From the NCBI GenBank assembly GCA_009602725.1, contig WELB01000002.1, positions 1,890,776-1,943,640 of the forward strand: 52,865 bases of DNA. Direction: 5' to 3'. This stretch comes from Spirogloea muscicola (Eukaryota). The notes under the pieces were generated by a model. It was not told the origin of the DNA and made no database searches. It was given only the letters and a program-made list of their open reading frames with translations. Position numbers and translations under genes: made by a program. How positions within the stretch are numbered: position 1 is the stretch's first letter; each line of letters begins with the position of its first letter. This document shows, one piece after another, positions 12,816 to 31,800 of this stretch.

Positions 12816-13284
12816 GCTCCTTTTTAAGCCCCTACAGGGCCTGCAAGCCCCTCCGGATTTTCACCGTTGAGGTGGCAACACTTCTTCACTAGGTTCGTTA
12901 CGCTTGTGCCACTTACCTTAGGATGTGGATGTACACTGAGAGGGCTCAAAGTGCTTGTCCAGCTTCACTGAATTGCACCCCCGTGAATTTTTAAACGCAC
13001 TTCTGAGTGTCAGCAAGGAGCCGAGCTTGGCCCTTAGAAAGAGCCAATCATACCTCACCATATGAGCACCAGCAATATGTAAACATTTCAGTGCTAAGAC
13101 CACTTAAACGTGTGGTCAGAGTGGGCACCCCAGCTGCTGGCGTAAGTTGCAGCGAGCAACGTCACCAGCTGACATCCCCAGCTAGCCCAAGATCAGAAAT
13201 GGTTTATATATGTCATTGATCCAGATGCAGCAGATCGCCTGAAAGTTTGCGCAATGGACTGGCTGACTTGCCATCTGCCGAGCA

Positions 13285-16200
13285 TTATCTGTTTCCATCT
13301 ACTGAGGAGAATAGGCGATGGAGTGCGTGGTAGCCGCCGCCTTCTTGTTCCCGGGCTGCAATGGCAGTGGCACATGCAGCTTCAGTCGCCTGATGACATG
13401 CATGCCGGCTGATGGTGGGACTGCGAAGTCCTTGACATTGACGTCTGATGTTTTGGCCACCCAATACTGATCCCAGCAGGAGAAGCAGTCTGATGCAGCT
13501 ATCACAGTCTTGTGACTGCGCATGCTCAAGAGGATTGGACACTGACTCTCATGGACAGCTGCCAACTTCTGGAGAATGCAGTAGGGGACTCACTTTGGCC
13601 GCTGGGAAGTCCCAACGCCAAGCTGGACTGGGAGACACTCCTCGTCCTCGCCCGCTCGATGATCTGCTGCCTCCCTGTGTTATCCTCATCATACCTCACT
13701 ATCTGCACAAGCAGATGGAGGAGGCATCAAGAGCTGTCCACAGCCTCCGTCTCTGTAGACACGTGAGCTGTTGCTGCCATCTTTGCAGCTTAGAGGAAGT
13801 CATTAACAATGACGCATCGACCAGCCATCATCGGACCCAGAAGCGCTGGCGTCTTAGCTTTGCACATGAGTGTGACTCTACCTGCGAATCCATCTGAGAT
13901 TCTAGGATCCTCCCATCGTCCTCGTCGGCAGCCTTGCCAAGTGAGGCTCGCCTGCTCGTTCCAGATCTGCGCGTCCAGTGCCAGACTTGGTATCACATTA
14001 GCTTCATCACGGAGTAAGCCAAACGAGCCCAGCAGCCGGTAGAGAGCCTGCACATGGCAGGCGAGACAAATGCTGCTGGATGAGCTCAAGTGAGTTAGGA
14101 AGTGATGCGCACCGCCCCTGCCACTTAGCGCGCTTGTGATCAGACCGCGTGCGAGGCTCCTCGGCGCTCCGCCGCCTGTCCTCCTCATTGAGCTCTGGCG
14201 ACAGTGTCTGCAGTGTGACCACATGCCGGCAACTGTGCTGAGTCTTGCAAACCCTGCAAGGGACCCCCTGCGTGCACATTGGTGCTGCAACAAGAGAACC
14301 CATAGTGATTTGGAAGTCCTCGCCGCACTCGCTGCTGCAGCTGGACAGGGGGCAGGGGCTGTGCGATCGCACTCACCGCCCCCCCCCCAGAAAATTGGTT
14401 CACCGCTGCGACCTGCAGGAGCGACGGCCGTGTCAAAATGTGGCCAGTTGAAGCAGAGGTTTGCAGAATCTGAGATATCCTGGAAGATGGACTTAGTGCA
14501 ACCTGAGGCAGCGCGGCTTCATGAACGTCACAGAGGCCTCTACTACGAAAGCCCCTAAATTGCAGCATGCTTGAGGCTGTCAGGCCCGGGACATCAGAAG
14601 AGTACTCGTGCGACCATCTACTACATCTGATCAATAGATCAACTGAAGTTTCTCAGGCAAGACTTGACATTTGATGGTTGACGGGTTGAGGTTCATATAC
14701 CAGAGCGTACAGGACAGGGCCCAGAGATCTGTGCACCTTCTTTGACTTGGTCGTCTGAGCCAGGAGGCCCTCGATTGCAGCGGCAACATCCGGGGGAGAG
14801 TCGTCGTTGCCGCCGACAGCGTACCCGCAGCTCTGCACGGCGCTGAACCCTGCAGTTGTCGCTGCGTCATCGGCCTCGCGCGAACGCCGATCCCGTCTCG
14901 GCGTGGCAGCGAGCTCTGCGGCGCTAACCGCTGCCTTGGCCGGAGGCTGCAGCCGCGGGCTCGCGCCCCGCCTGGCTCCGCCTGCTACCTTGTTGCTGGC
15001 GTCAGCCAGCGGGAGGATGGCGGCAGCCTCCCTGTCCAAAGCTGCCGCTGTCGCTGCTGCCTGCGCCGTCAGTGGTGACGGGCTTGCCGGCGTGTCACTG
15101 GACTCCAGCAGCACTTGGCGGCGCTGCCGCCGCTGGTGCCGCTGCTGCGACTGCTCCCCAGAGGGCTGCTGCCGTGGCGGCACCAAGCTCGACGCTGCCG
15201 ACTGCGCTGCCGGCTGGCGTCCGCTGCCCTGGCTGCCGCCGCCACCGCCGCCGCCAGTGGTGCGGCTGCTCCCAACCTGCGACCATGGCTGCGCCGCTGC
15301 CTCCCACGCATCCCCCGCCCCCATGCCGGCAGCCCGGCGGCTGCCGCTGTTGCTCCTGGCGGTGCTGCCGCCAGCAGCTCCAGCCGGCCGCCTTCGGTCC
15401 AGCGCTGTGACACTTGGACCTGCCACAGCCACATGGGTTAGCCTCAGGGCTTCAATAAGCTTGATGCAACCAGCTCCACCGGGTTTAGGGTCTAGGATTT
15501 AGGATTCAGAATAAGGTATAGGAGTTTGGGTTTAGGTGGGTTTAGGCCTCTTAGACCTCTTAGACCCGATATCTGCAGTCACGACCCTGATCATAGACGA
15601 ACCCCAAGCTTGACCTCCACCAACCCAGACCCGCTCTTAGCCCTCAAAGCTGGAACTTGATCGCATGCTGCTGCAGACCGGCGCCCGAGAACTGCGCGTC
15701 GAGCTCGTTGGCAAGAGTGGCTGGTGGCGGACCAGCGGCGGGGTCCAGTGTGGACTCGGGTTCCCACTGCGAGCCGAGATCGCCGGCGCTGCCCGCAGCA
15801 AGGCGAGCCGCCTGCGTCGGGTTCTGCGTGAGCGCCAGCATGCGACCTTCGCGCTCGGCTGGAAGCAGCTCGCGGGGCTGGAAGCCGTCCAGCAGGAGTA
15901 GCTTGTTCTGTGTGCAGCACAACCAGAGTGCAAGGACTTTGTTACATAACTCTTCTCTTTCAGTGGTCATACTTACCACTTAAAGCAAGGAGCACAACAT
16001 AAACCCCAACCCTAACCCAGTTCACAACAATATGTTTTGGTCATTAGTGGCAGACTATTTAAGGAGTCAATGGGCGGGGGGCTTGAGAGGTGAGGAGAAG
16101 CAGAGGTTGCACTACGACATCTGATATGATAGGGGAGGAGAGAGAGGACAAGTTGGCGAACGCTGGGGGGCCAGAGGTCATCGAGGGCAGGGGCAGCACA

Positions 16201-17909
16201 CAAAACCTCGCGAGTGCAGGCATAGAGCCACTCAATTGTCACGATCTTGAGGCCCCACTTGAGTGCGGTGAGGTACTTCTCTCCGGAGCGTGTCGGCACG
16301 ACGAGGTGCGTGACCTGGCGCGACAGCTTCTCGGTCCACTTGGCGTGCAACACATCCTTGCACAGGAACTTGGCGCGGGAGAGCTCAGCCGCGCCGTATT
16401 GCGAGAAGCAGAGCTTGGCAGCGCCGCCCAAACCCGGCAGTGGGCCCAGCTGATGCACTGGCCGGAAGAGGACGTGGGCGCCGGCGTCGTGCAGCCATTC
16501 CTCCTGCAGCCAGCAGCCCGGGGCTAACGATCTGCTAAGAATTGTTTAGACTCAGACTTAAACATAAACTGTGTCTGACAAAGTCAATTGCAAATGCCGG
16601 GGCCGAGGGTAGCCAGTGCCGTGCCTTGACGCAGAAGCGGACCCAGTGGAGGGAGACGCATAGTGGACCGGCGGCGTCGGCCGGCGGCGGCTGCCCGTGA
16701 GGGCAGATGAGGAAGTCGGGTGCCGCGCTGGCGCAGCGCTCGCTGTGTATAGTGCCCGAGCCCTGCAGGACCTGCGCCTTCACCTCCGCTTTCTGCGCCC
16801 CACCTCCGCCGCCGAGACAGGGCCTCAGCCTCTGCAAGCGATGGTGGCAGCTGCAGGGCGGCGGCAGCAGCCGTGGGCAGTGGCTTGCCTGCTCGTGAGG
16901 GAACGTGCAGGAGAAGGCAAAGGTGAGGCCGGCGAAGACGGTGTTGAAGACATCCCCCTCCATCGCCAGTGGCCGCAGTGGGGACCCCACGCCGGCGCCG
17001 CTGTCACCGGCTCTCCCACTGCCGGACGCGGAGCGGGAGCTCTCCTTGACCAGCACAACCGCCGCGCAGTCATTGCCGTTGCTGCCGCCGCCGTCGCTCC
17101 ACAGCGAGCGGCCGCTGGCCACGATCTCCGGGACGCGGTGGCGGGCCTCGACGGGCAACCTCGCGCAGCTCTCGTCGCATTCGCGCAGCCAGGAGGACCA
17201 GACGACCTCCGCGCCGCCGCCGGCCATGATGGCCTTCACCCGCTTGGCCTCCCTGCCGCCGCCACAATGCCCGCCGCCGCCGCCGTCGCCGCCTCAGACT
17301 CATTCCTCAGACTCGATCCTCAGACTTCCTCGTACTCATTCCTCAGACTCGACCCTCAGGCTTCCTCGAACTCATTCCTCAGACTCGATCCTCAGGCTTC
17401 CTCAGACTCATCCCTATCACTGATACCTCAAACTTCCTCAGACCCATTCCTCAGACTCACATCCCAGACTCATTCCTCAGACTCATTCCTCAGACTTCCT
17501 CAGACTCATTCCCCGGACTCGTTCCTCGGACTTCCTCAGACTCGATCCTCAGACTCATATCTCGGACTTCCTCAGACCCTCTCGTTCACGCAGCCGCGCC
17601 GGCAGCGGCGCCCGGAGCAGGCCAAGGCGCGGATGGCCCAGACGCCGACCGCTCCAGGATCTTGCCGACGACGACGTACGTCACGGCGGCGTTGTGCTCC
17701 ACGTGGCGCGTCCCGCCGCCGCGCCGCACCATGTGCACCACCTGCGGCCGCCGCCGCCGCCGCCGCTGTCAGCGCAAGGCCGGCGGCGAATGCCGAGCCG
17801 AGGCCGCCGCTCGGCTCGGCTCCCCCGCGGCTTGCCCACCTCCATGAGCTCGTCGCGCCGCTCGAAGCCGAGGAAGGAGAAGCGGCAGGCGCTGAGGTGC
17901 ATCCCGCCG
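13285..17909 (-). CDS. TOPBP1: Multi-BRCT DNA replication/repair protein TOPBP1 (plant MEI1 type); 5' exons missing at N 17910
   Basis: BRCT segments: LSACRFSFLGF..VRRGGGTRHVEHNAAVTYVVVG..VVWSSWLRECD; FAGLTFAFSCTFP..SLHWVRFC; LCFSQY..VTHLVV..GEKYLTALKWGLKIVTIEWLYAC. MEI1-like C-terminus ESQMDSQ/IVRYDEDNTGRQQIIERARTRS. The probable last exon 13285-13355 joins in phase 1. Confidence 0.88.
15481..15546 (+). repeat. Degenerate telomere-like tract in a TOPBP1 intron
   Basis: gggtttagggtctaggatttaggattcaga...gtttgggtttaggtgggtttagg. Confidence 0.7.
17292..17580. repeat. Minisatellite (cctcagact core, 9/12-bp units with a 33-bp higher-order repeat) inside TOPBP1 intron 17253-17649
   Basis: Repeated cctcagactcatt / cctcagactcgat / cctcagactt units. 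The flanking exons splice in phase (ILER|EAKRVK). Confidence 0.92.
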
Positions 17910-17984
17910 NCCTTCCGCTGCTCTGGTCATTGCTCCCCGTGACCTTGGAGCTCCTCTCACCTACGCCCGCATATCCGCCACCAG

Positions 17985-18161
17985 GTGACGCCCACGTCCA
18001 GCTTCTCGGGCGAGCTAGGGCTCGACAGCCTGGACACCGTTGAGGTCGTGATGGCCTTGGAAGAGGAGTTTGCACTGGAGATCCCAGACAGTGAGGCCGA
18101 CAAGATCACATCCACTGCCGAGGCTATTGAGTACATCGCCTCGCACCCGCAGGCCAAGTAG
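17985..18161 (+). CDS. ACP: Mitochondrial acyl carrier protein (NDUFAB1-like), last exon only
   Basis: After the cag acceptor: [58 protein letters not shown], including the phosphopantetheine DSL motif. The 5' exon is lost at N 17910. Confidence 0.95.
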   Translation: MTPTSSFSGELGLDSLDTVEVVMALEEEFALEIPDSEADKITSTAEAIEYIASHPQAK

Positions 18162-18552
18162 GCCCAGGACAGTCGCGAGGACTACTTGGGTTGCAGATGA
18201 CCCTCTCCATGTGCTCTGGGGTTAGCCTTGCTCAAGCGGCAGAGGTTGTGCTTCACTTCGTCGAAGCTAATTGCCTCAGCAGCTGCAAGCCTACTGCATC
18301 CCTTGAGGAGCCACGACTCCTCTTCTGAGTGCATGTCTCCGCACTCCACTTTAAACGTTGGAAATCATGCTGGGTTTTGGTTCTCAAGGAGTCCTCTTGA
18401 GCAGAGCGCCCAACATCACCTTGCAGCAAGTGACGTGCTCTATCACACAAGGTAATATCGAGGCTGCCCTATCGACTCTTCACATCAACTCCACGAGAAT
18501 CGACGATGCAAATCCTCGATACCCCAATCCTCCAGCCAGGCAAGGAAGGGCG

Positions 18553-20111
18553 TCATGCAGGATCGAGTCTTCTCAGTAGGTACTGCACTTGAACTTCCTT
18601 GTTCAGCGGCATAATCCAGTCCCCATACAGGCTAGCTACAACCTGTGGCTCAATCTTGGTAGACTTTGTCCTGGACTCCTGCCCCACTTCGATGTCCTGG
18701 CCAAAGATGGCAGCCTTCTCCTCTACTCGTTGCTGCACCTTCTTCTCTACAGCTTCGAAGGTGAGCAGCTTCACAAGTCCAGCAGCGTCCTGGCAACAAG
18801 AGACCCGATATATCAAGCTCGTCTGTACTCTCATGGCGTGCCCATGGAGTGCTGCAACAGAAGCATTTGCGCATGGCGTGCTATTTGCTGGCCGGGAGAC
18901 CCACCTGTGCCTCTATGAGGGGCTGGTAAAGCTCCGGCGTCTCCTGGAACTTGGCTTCGGCAACAAATTTGCCGTAGTGTATGCGCCTGGAAAGAGCTTG
19001 TAGGCAGAGGACATCAAGAGTGGCTGCAGAGCCATAGTTGCCATCGTCACCTTTTTGAGTGATTGCCGGCAGGGCAACAGTCAGGTACATCTTCCAAATT
19101 TGTGGGTTGATATTTATGCCTTCTGCTGCCGGATGGAGCACCTGTGTTGGGGATAACGACCTTCTCTTCGTCAGCTGGCTCAAATGCCGTTCACAAGCAG
19201 CACGCTTAGGTCAACAGAGGAGTAAATGATGACCACGATGCAGGCTGTGTAGGCTGTTTGACTGGGGAGAGGAGGGGTGCCGATGGAAGTGGGGGGGGTG
19301 AGGGTGGAGGGGGCATTGCAAAGGGCGGGAATGGGCAACCTTGCCCACCTGAGGGTACTCCAGGTCTTGAAGAATGACTGGAGGAAGTGCCTCAGGAAAG
19401 AAGGGGTGCTCGTCTGGGCTGGTGTACCGTCGGACCTGCCAAGCTAAGTCGTAGCACGCACGAAGAAGAAGCTAAGAAAGCATGGCATTGCTGGTCCTTG
19501 TGGACCTGAAGCCAACTAGCACGACGATTGGAGCATGAGAGTACAGGACAGACCTTGGCATGCAGCTGCTCCGTTTCAGACAGCAGGTACTCTAACAGGG
19601 AACCATGGAAGCCTGGGATGCCCAGTAATGTGGGATCGTACGTCGGCGGGTTGTAGCAGTACTGGGATCGCTCAATGAGATTGAAGATGATACTGTCTTC
19701 TTGGCGGATCAGGAAGGTGCGAATGTTGTCCAGCGTTAGTATTCGACTAGCATCGATGCTGCTGGACAAGGTGCTGCCCGGAGCAGCCCTGCATTCGAGG
19801 ACAAGATGCTGGTGAGTGATAAGGAAGCTGGTCGGTTGGGCAGGCAGCTGGACGGAGGACTGATGCCTTGGAAGGAGAGCTGGCAGAGGGGACCTGTATT
19901 CAGAGGCAAGCACATCTAAAGGGGGAGGGGTTGCGCACGACGAGCACGAGGCAGGCTACCTGGCAACGAACATGGTGAGCCGTGGCAGACTGGAGTGGCG
20001 GCAGTGCAGAGAGGGGCGGGCGAAGGAAGGGGAGAAGTCAGGACACGACGGGCAAAGGGGGCCCGGGAGCGCAGCGCAGGGGCGGGAAGCGCAGGGAGGC
20101 GCCGCCAGCAT
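18553..20111 (-). CDS. CM: Plastid chorismate mutase (eukaryotic AroQ type)
   Basis: ATG 20111 opens a transit-peptide-like exon (20111-19960) that splices in phase to RAAPG..LTLDNIRTFLIRQEDSIIFNLIER. Further motifs: RRYTSPDEHPFFP, GDDGNYGS..CLQALSRRIHYGKFVAEAKF, LLTFEAVE, WIMPLNKEVQVQYLLRRLD. Confidence 0.95.
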
Positions 20112-20169
20112 GGTCGCGGGGGGTGGGTGGCCGAGCCAGTGTCAGCGGGAGGCGCAGTGGCGGGGTATA

Positions 20170-20240
20170 GAGGGAAAGCGCGGCCTGACTGGAGGCTGTG
20201 AGAGGCCAGCCCGAAGGAATGGACAAGGGCTGAAGGAGCC
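20170..20240 (-). mobile_element. CRE-like terminal hairpin motif ~60 bp upstream of the chorismate mutase ATG
   Basis: The minus strand reads ttgtccattccttcgggctggcctctcacagcctccagtcaggccgcgc. Confidence 0.65.
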
Positions 20241-20589
20241 GGATGGCGCAGAAAGCAAGGTAGAGACGCGGCAACAATGCGGCTGAGGGCGGCCACACCG
20301 GCTCTGAGTGGGGACGACGAGAGAGAAGGGTCGCGGTGTGCATCTGATCAAAATGGAGGCCAAGTTTTGCCAGTGCGGAGTTCAAGCGACAATTAGTGCA
20401 CAGAATGTGGCTGCACAAAGCCAAGCCCTAGGCTAAGCGGGACTAAGGCCACAGGGCGAAGACTTAGCTGAAGGTGGACTGTGGTACCCACGAGGGAATG
20501 TTACAGAAGGAGTGCAAAGAATGGGGCTACACAAACCGAAACCCTAGGCCGAGAGGTTCTAAGCATACAGGGCGAAAGTACGGCTAGAA

Positions 20590-20860
20590 AATGAATGCGG
20601 CTGCTGATATTGAAAGAGCGGCTGTGAAAGCCAGCCAGATGCGTACAGGTGTTCCTGACGGAGCCACCGGCTAGGCAGACAGGGCGCTCTTAGTACCCCC
20701 GGGTCAGCAGTAGGGAGGCAGATGAGCTGAGGGGAGGAAGAGCAACCCCGCTGCGCAAGCCAGAGGCTGCTGCAAGGGCGCGACCGGCGCGGCGGTGCAA
20801 AGCAAGCGCTTGGGAGCGCTGGAGGGACATAGACAATCGCATGCGGTAGCAGGACACAAG
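20590..20860 (-). mobile_element. CRE-like retroelement 3' remnant
   Basis: Encodes YRMRLSMSLQRSQALALHRRAGRALAAASGLRSG..LLLTRGY*, then ctggctggctttcacagccgctctttcaatatcagcagccg. A near-copy of this tail is at ~80-120 (+). Confidence 0.8.
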
Positions 20861-21472
20861 ACCCAAAGGCACCGAGCCGCCAGGAAGTGCTGCACCCTGT
20901 TCCCGGCGCCGCTGGTCAGCTTGAGATGCCAGAGGCTAGAGGAGGGCTTCAGTACAAAGCCATCGGGCCCTTCATCTGCTTCTTCTTTGGTACCCCCGAG
21001 TAAAGACTTCGATGTTAGACAGGCTAGTCTGAGAACCGTGAGCTTTCCCATGGAGGCTGGTGGAGGGAGACTGGATGCGTACGGTGCGCAGGATTGGCAA
21101 GGAAGACCGAGCCGAGCTATTGCACAGTTCATCCAGAACAGCAAGGGAGTACAAAGGGCGGAGGGAGGAGGCGGTAGCATCGAGGCCTCGCCTCCGTCCT
21201 CGTTCGTCTGGCCACCTTACCTGGTGGTGGCAGCTGGGCAGGGCAGCCCAAGCGCACGGGATGGAAGAAGAAGTAGCTCTCACATAGATGCGGGTGCATG
21301 TAAAAGGTGCGTGATTTACAGGTGCCTATCAACCTATATAAATCTATAAAACTATCCGGCGTCTCCAGACCTTGTTTATCTCTTGGGGGCTGCTTCTTCT
21401 TCTTTGAACCTTGTCCTTGATTGAGAGGTGTCATATTTCTGCGCAGTGCGGCCCTTTTTACCTTGTTCAACG

Positions 21473-21860
21473 TTTTGGGCTGACCTCTTCAGCCATCACC
21501 TTACTGAGAAAGAGCTGTTTGTTCGTTGGCCTGGCCTTACACACCCCTCGCCCCCTTTGGAAGAGCTGCTTCTTCCTTTGAGCTGGATTTCACAGCCATC
21601 GCCACATTTGGGACTGCTTCTTGTTTGTCGACAGCCCCTTCGGACTGTCGTTATCCTACTATGTTTACTTCTGGGCTGGCCCCTCACAGCCATCGCCCCC
21701 TAGAATGAGCATCCTTCGCTAAAAGAGAAGCAGGTCTTCCAGAGTAAGCAAGCGCGGCCAGATTAAACTGGTGGCTGGGAGGGGCCAGCCCAAAGGAATG
21801 GACAGAGTAAGGCGATGGGAAGCGGGGGCTGAGAAAAGCCAGCGTGGACAGATTGACAAG
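21473..21860. mobile_element. Array of six CRE-like terminal motifs (four +, two -, converging)
   Basis: GGGCTGG..CAGCC variants at ~21475, 21527, 21580 and 21670 (+), and at ~21745-21805 and 21810-21860 (-). Confidence 0.7.
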
Positions 21861-22100
21861 GTGCAACAGGCCCAAATAGAATGTGTAGTGTACGAAGTGG
21901 TGGCCGGACAGCGCAATTAGCTGAGGAAACACGAGCTAAGAGAGCGAAAGGTGCTCGGCCCGCTCGGGGCGCGGTCATCTACTGCCCAGCCGCTCTTCGT
22001 AGTCACTCTGCCCCTCGGCTTTCGTCTCGCGCTTGGGCCTTCCCGCTCCCTCGCCCGTTCAAACACACGCTCATCTCCCCGCCACCCCCCCCAGATCGAN

Positions 22101-22246
22101 TGCTCCTTCAAGGCCGAGTGTGACCAGCGTCCTTGTTGAGAAGGGCCAGAGAAGTGCGAAGCTGACTCTCAGACTTGCTCTCTTGTCTGAGCTGAGGGCC
22201 AGGCTGACGCGTAGGCAGCTGCCACGCTGCAGAGTAATTGCATGTA
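22101..22246 (+). repeat. 146-bp exact copy of 33078-33223
   Basis: Identical by eye from tgctccttcaaggccgag to gtaattgcatgta. It starts immediately after the single N at 22100. Confidence 0.95.
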
Positions 22247-22349
22247 CCCCCGCCCCCTGCCGGGCCCCTGACTGCTTCTCAGGCCATCCCGCCGCTGCAG
22301 CTGTGCCTCCTCTCGACTTTCACAACCTGGGCTTGGCTGTGTCTTGCAG

Positions 22350-29401
<7,052 letters not shown>

Positions 29402-30223
29402 CAAAGGACGGGCAGAGCGATTGAGAAAGGCAGAGCACACAGCCGTCGCGATGTGTGGTCAGGAGCCAGATGCCAGCGCCCCTGCCCAGACAGGTCAGCT
29501 CAGACTGCTGCTTGGTTCAGTGCACTTTGTCAGACACCCAATCAGAAGCTCACAAGACCAAGGCCAGCTGCTACACATGCCAGTCCAGGCTTCCCAGGTG
29601 CATCTGTATGATTGCTGGCAGCTGAGCAGTGAGTGAGGAGCATCATGGATTTAGATTGGCTGGCACATTTGTGACGTGGGACGTTCATGAAAGGGTCAGG
29701 GAGCAGCTCCAAGAGCACTCATGGTTCTGCTTGCTGACACGTGGTACTATCAATTCTGGACCAGCTCAAGTGTGATCAAAGCAGACGTGGAAGTGAGAGC
29801 ACTCTCCCAGGATGGTGGGCACAAGGGCAGGGCCGGCTGGGGTCCCGACAGCGGCCAGGGGGCCGCTGCAAGTGGCGGCCTCCGGTTGAGAGGGGCACCG
29901 GTGTTGGAGCAGTCGGGAGCAGGAGCGAGGAAAGGCGCGCGGTGTGCATGGAGTGGAAGGGAGGCCAAGCCGAGCCAGTACATTGAGTTCAAGCAGAAGG
30001 CAAAGCTTTGGCAAGGGGGCCAAACAAAGGGAGCCCTTTGGCTGGGAGGGGCTGAGGAGGCAGGGCGGCAGCACGGCTGGACGAGGGCTGTGATGTTGAG
30101 AGAAGCTGCTGTTCAGGAGAGAACATTCAGCGCAGTAAATATGGTGAACCAGCGGACTGGGTTGGGCGATCCTTGCTGCTCTAGTGCGCCCTAGCTATGG
30201 CTGCCACCCACCAAGGGTGCGGG

Positions 30224-30334
30224 TCTGTGTGCGGCCAGGCGGAGCCTGTGCTAGTCCTTGCCTTTATGCGCGGCCAGGCGGAGGCTATGCTAGTCCTGCC
30301 TCTGTGTGCGGCCAGGCAGAGCTTTGTGCTACAC
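30224..30334. repeat. ~38-bp tandem repeat, about 3 copies
   Basis: tctgtgtgcggccaggcggagcctgtgctagtccttgcc / tttatgcgcggccaggcggaggctatgctagtcctgcc / tctgtgtgcggccaggcagagctttgtgcta. Confidence 0.88.
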
Positions 30335-30539
30335 TGGTGCGTCACCCTGAGCGGATCTGCGTCCATACTGCCGAGGTGAGGGCGGTCTGCTCGTCCTCCA
30401 GAGAAGGGCAAACGCTCACTGGAGGACTCCGAGTGGAGAGGAGAAGGAGCTGAGACGGTTGATCACAACTGACAGGAGCACGAGCAGGAGCAGCAACATC
30501 AGGAAGACTTTCAGGGCAGAGAGCCCCTTCTTCGTACTT

Positions 30540-31335
30540 TGTTCATTCTTTCTCGGGCCGACTTTTCCCAGCCCCTATCCTCAATGGGCGAGCCCTTCTC
30601 TCTTCCTCCGCTTTCTGCCTCTTCCGTGTCTGCGAGTTGCTCGCTCGTGGGCACTGGAGTCTCCTTTCAGTCGTGCTTTTCCAGCTGCAAGTTCCGCTGA
30701 CTTGCGGCTGCTGACTCGGGGACACAAAGCTCGCATTCGCTGTGGCCACCTGCATAGCTGTGTGGTAGTAGTGCCTTGCGGCCCCTCGGACAGTGACTCC
30801 ACATTCTCTGGGCTGGCTCTCCACAGCCCTCGCCCCCTTTGGAGGAGTCCCACTGTTGTCAGCATGGCCCCTTCTGAGTACCTTTGTTCTCTCGGCTCCT
30901 CAGCTTAGGTTTTCAGATAGGTATGTTTTCACTCGAGGATACTTTGTGTCCCCCTTAGCCGGCTCATTGCCCCGTTACCAAGACTATCGTGATGCTCGCA
31001 CTGGCCTCCTTCCATTATGTTGCGCACCGCGCGCCTTTCTATCGCACAACCACATCGCCTGTGCTGGTTTGGCTCGACCGCCGTCGGACGTCGATGTGCA
31101 CAGCGCGCGTCCCCTCACCCCTCCGTGCTTCCGGCTGAGATGGGCTTGCCAGCTGCATACCTGTCGTTCTTGCGACACCGAGTGGCGGCCTGTTTGCATC
31201 TACTGACGAGAGGTTACTGAGAGTTCGCTTACTGCTGTCTCAGTCCTTTAGCACTCCGACTCCTTCAGACCTTGTCCATTCTTTGGGCTGGCCTCTCCCA
31301 GCCACCAGTTAATCTGGCCGCGCTTGCTTGCAGCG
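30540..31335 (+). mobile_element. Cluster of CRE-like 3' remnants upstream of HPT
   Basis: Terminal motifs at ~30550-30600, ~30806-30850 and ~31272-31332. ORF-end remnants FPAASSADLRLLTRG (30678-30722), VFTRGY (~30925-30942) and LLTRGY* (31200-31220). Confidence 0.75.
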
Positions 31336-31621
31336 GCGTGCTCGGGCTCATGCTTTGCACCAGAAAGCTGGGTGGCAGCAGGGCTTCGGATCTGCCATCG
31401 GGTGGGTATTCGGGCATCGATTAGTGGCCTTGATGCACTGACCCGTGGTTTACGGAGCGCGTGAAGTCGCAGCGGGCCAGGTACGTCGTCAGGGGTGTGG
31501 CCCAGTCGGGCCTTCGTTCGTGACACGGAAGGCAGAGGGAACCCCCGGCGCCCCCCCCGGCCAGCCGCGCGTGGGCCGGCCCGGGGCCCGGGGCAGCCCC
31601 CGCGGGCGCGGCAGCTTGCGG

Positions 31622-31800
31622 NNNNNNNNNNNNNNNNNNNNNNNNNNNNNNNNNNNNNNNNNNNNNNNNNNNNNNNNNNNNNNNNNNNNNNNNNNNNNNN
31701 NNNNNNNNNNNNNNNNNNNNNNNNNNNNNNNNNNNNNNNNNNNNNNNNNNNNNNNNNNNNNNNNNNNNNNNNNNNNNNNNNNNNNNNNNNNNNNNNNNNN
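31622..31800. other. Assembly gap (N run), probably containing the HPT start
   Basis: Run of N between very GC-rich flanks. Confidence 0.95.

Noticed and set aside
17909..17985. Apparent direct head-to-head junction of TOPBP1 and ACP with no promoter
   Set aside because: A single N at 17910 marks an unsized assembly join, and both 5' ends are simply missing.
16697..18043. 448-aa + strand ORF with SSDSFLRLDPQ repeats
   Set aside because: It is antisense to TOPBP1 exons, the repeat is an intronic minisatellite, and the ORF crosses an N join.
18541..18572. QGRASCRIE resembles the Illumina adapter translation IGRASCRERV
   Set aside because: The nucleotides do not match the adapter, and the opposite strand encodes the conserved chorismate mutase end LRRLD plus the stop.
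21473..21860. CRISPR-like repeat-spacer array
   Set aside because: The context is eukaryotic with no cas genes. The repeats diverge, switch orientation and match dispersed retroelement tails.
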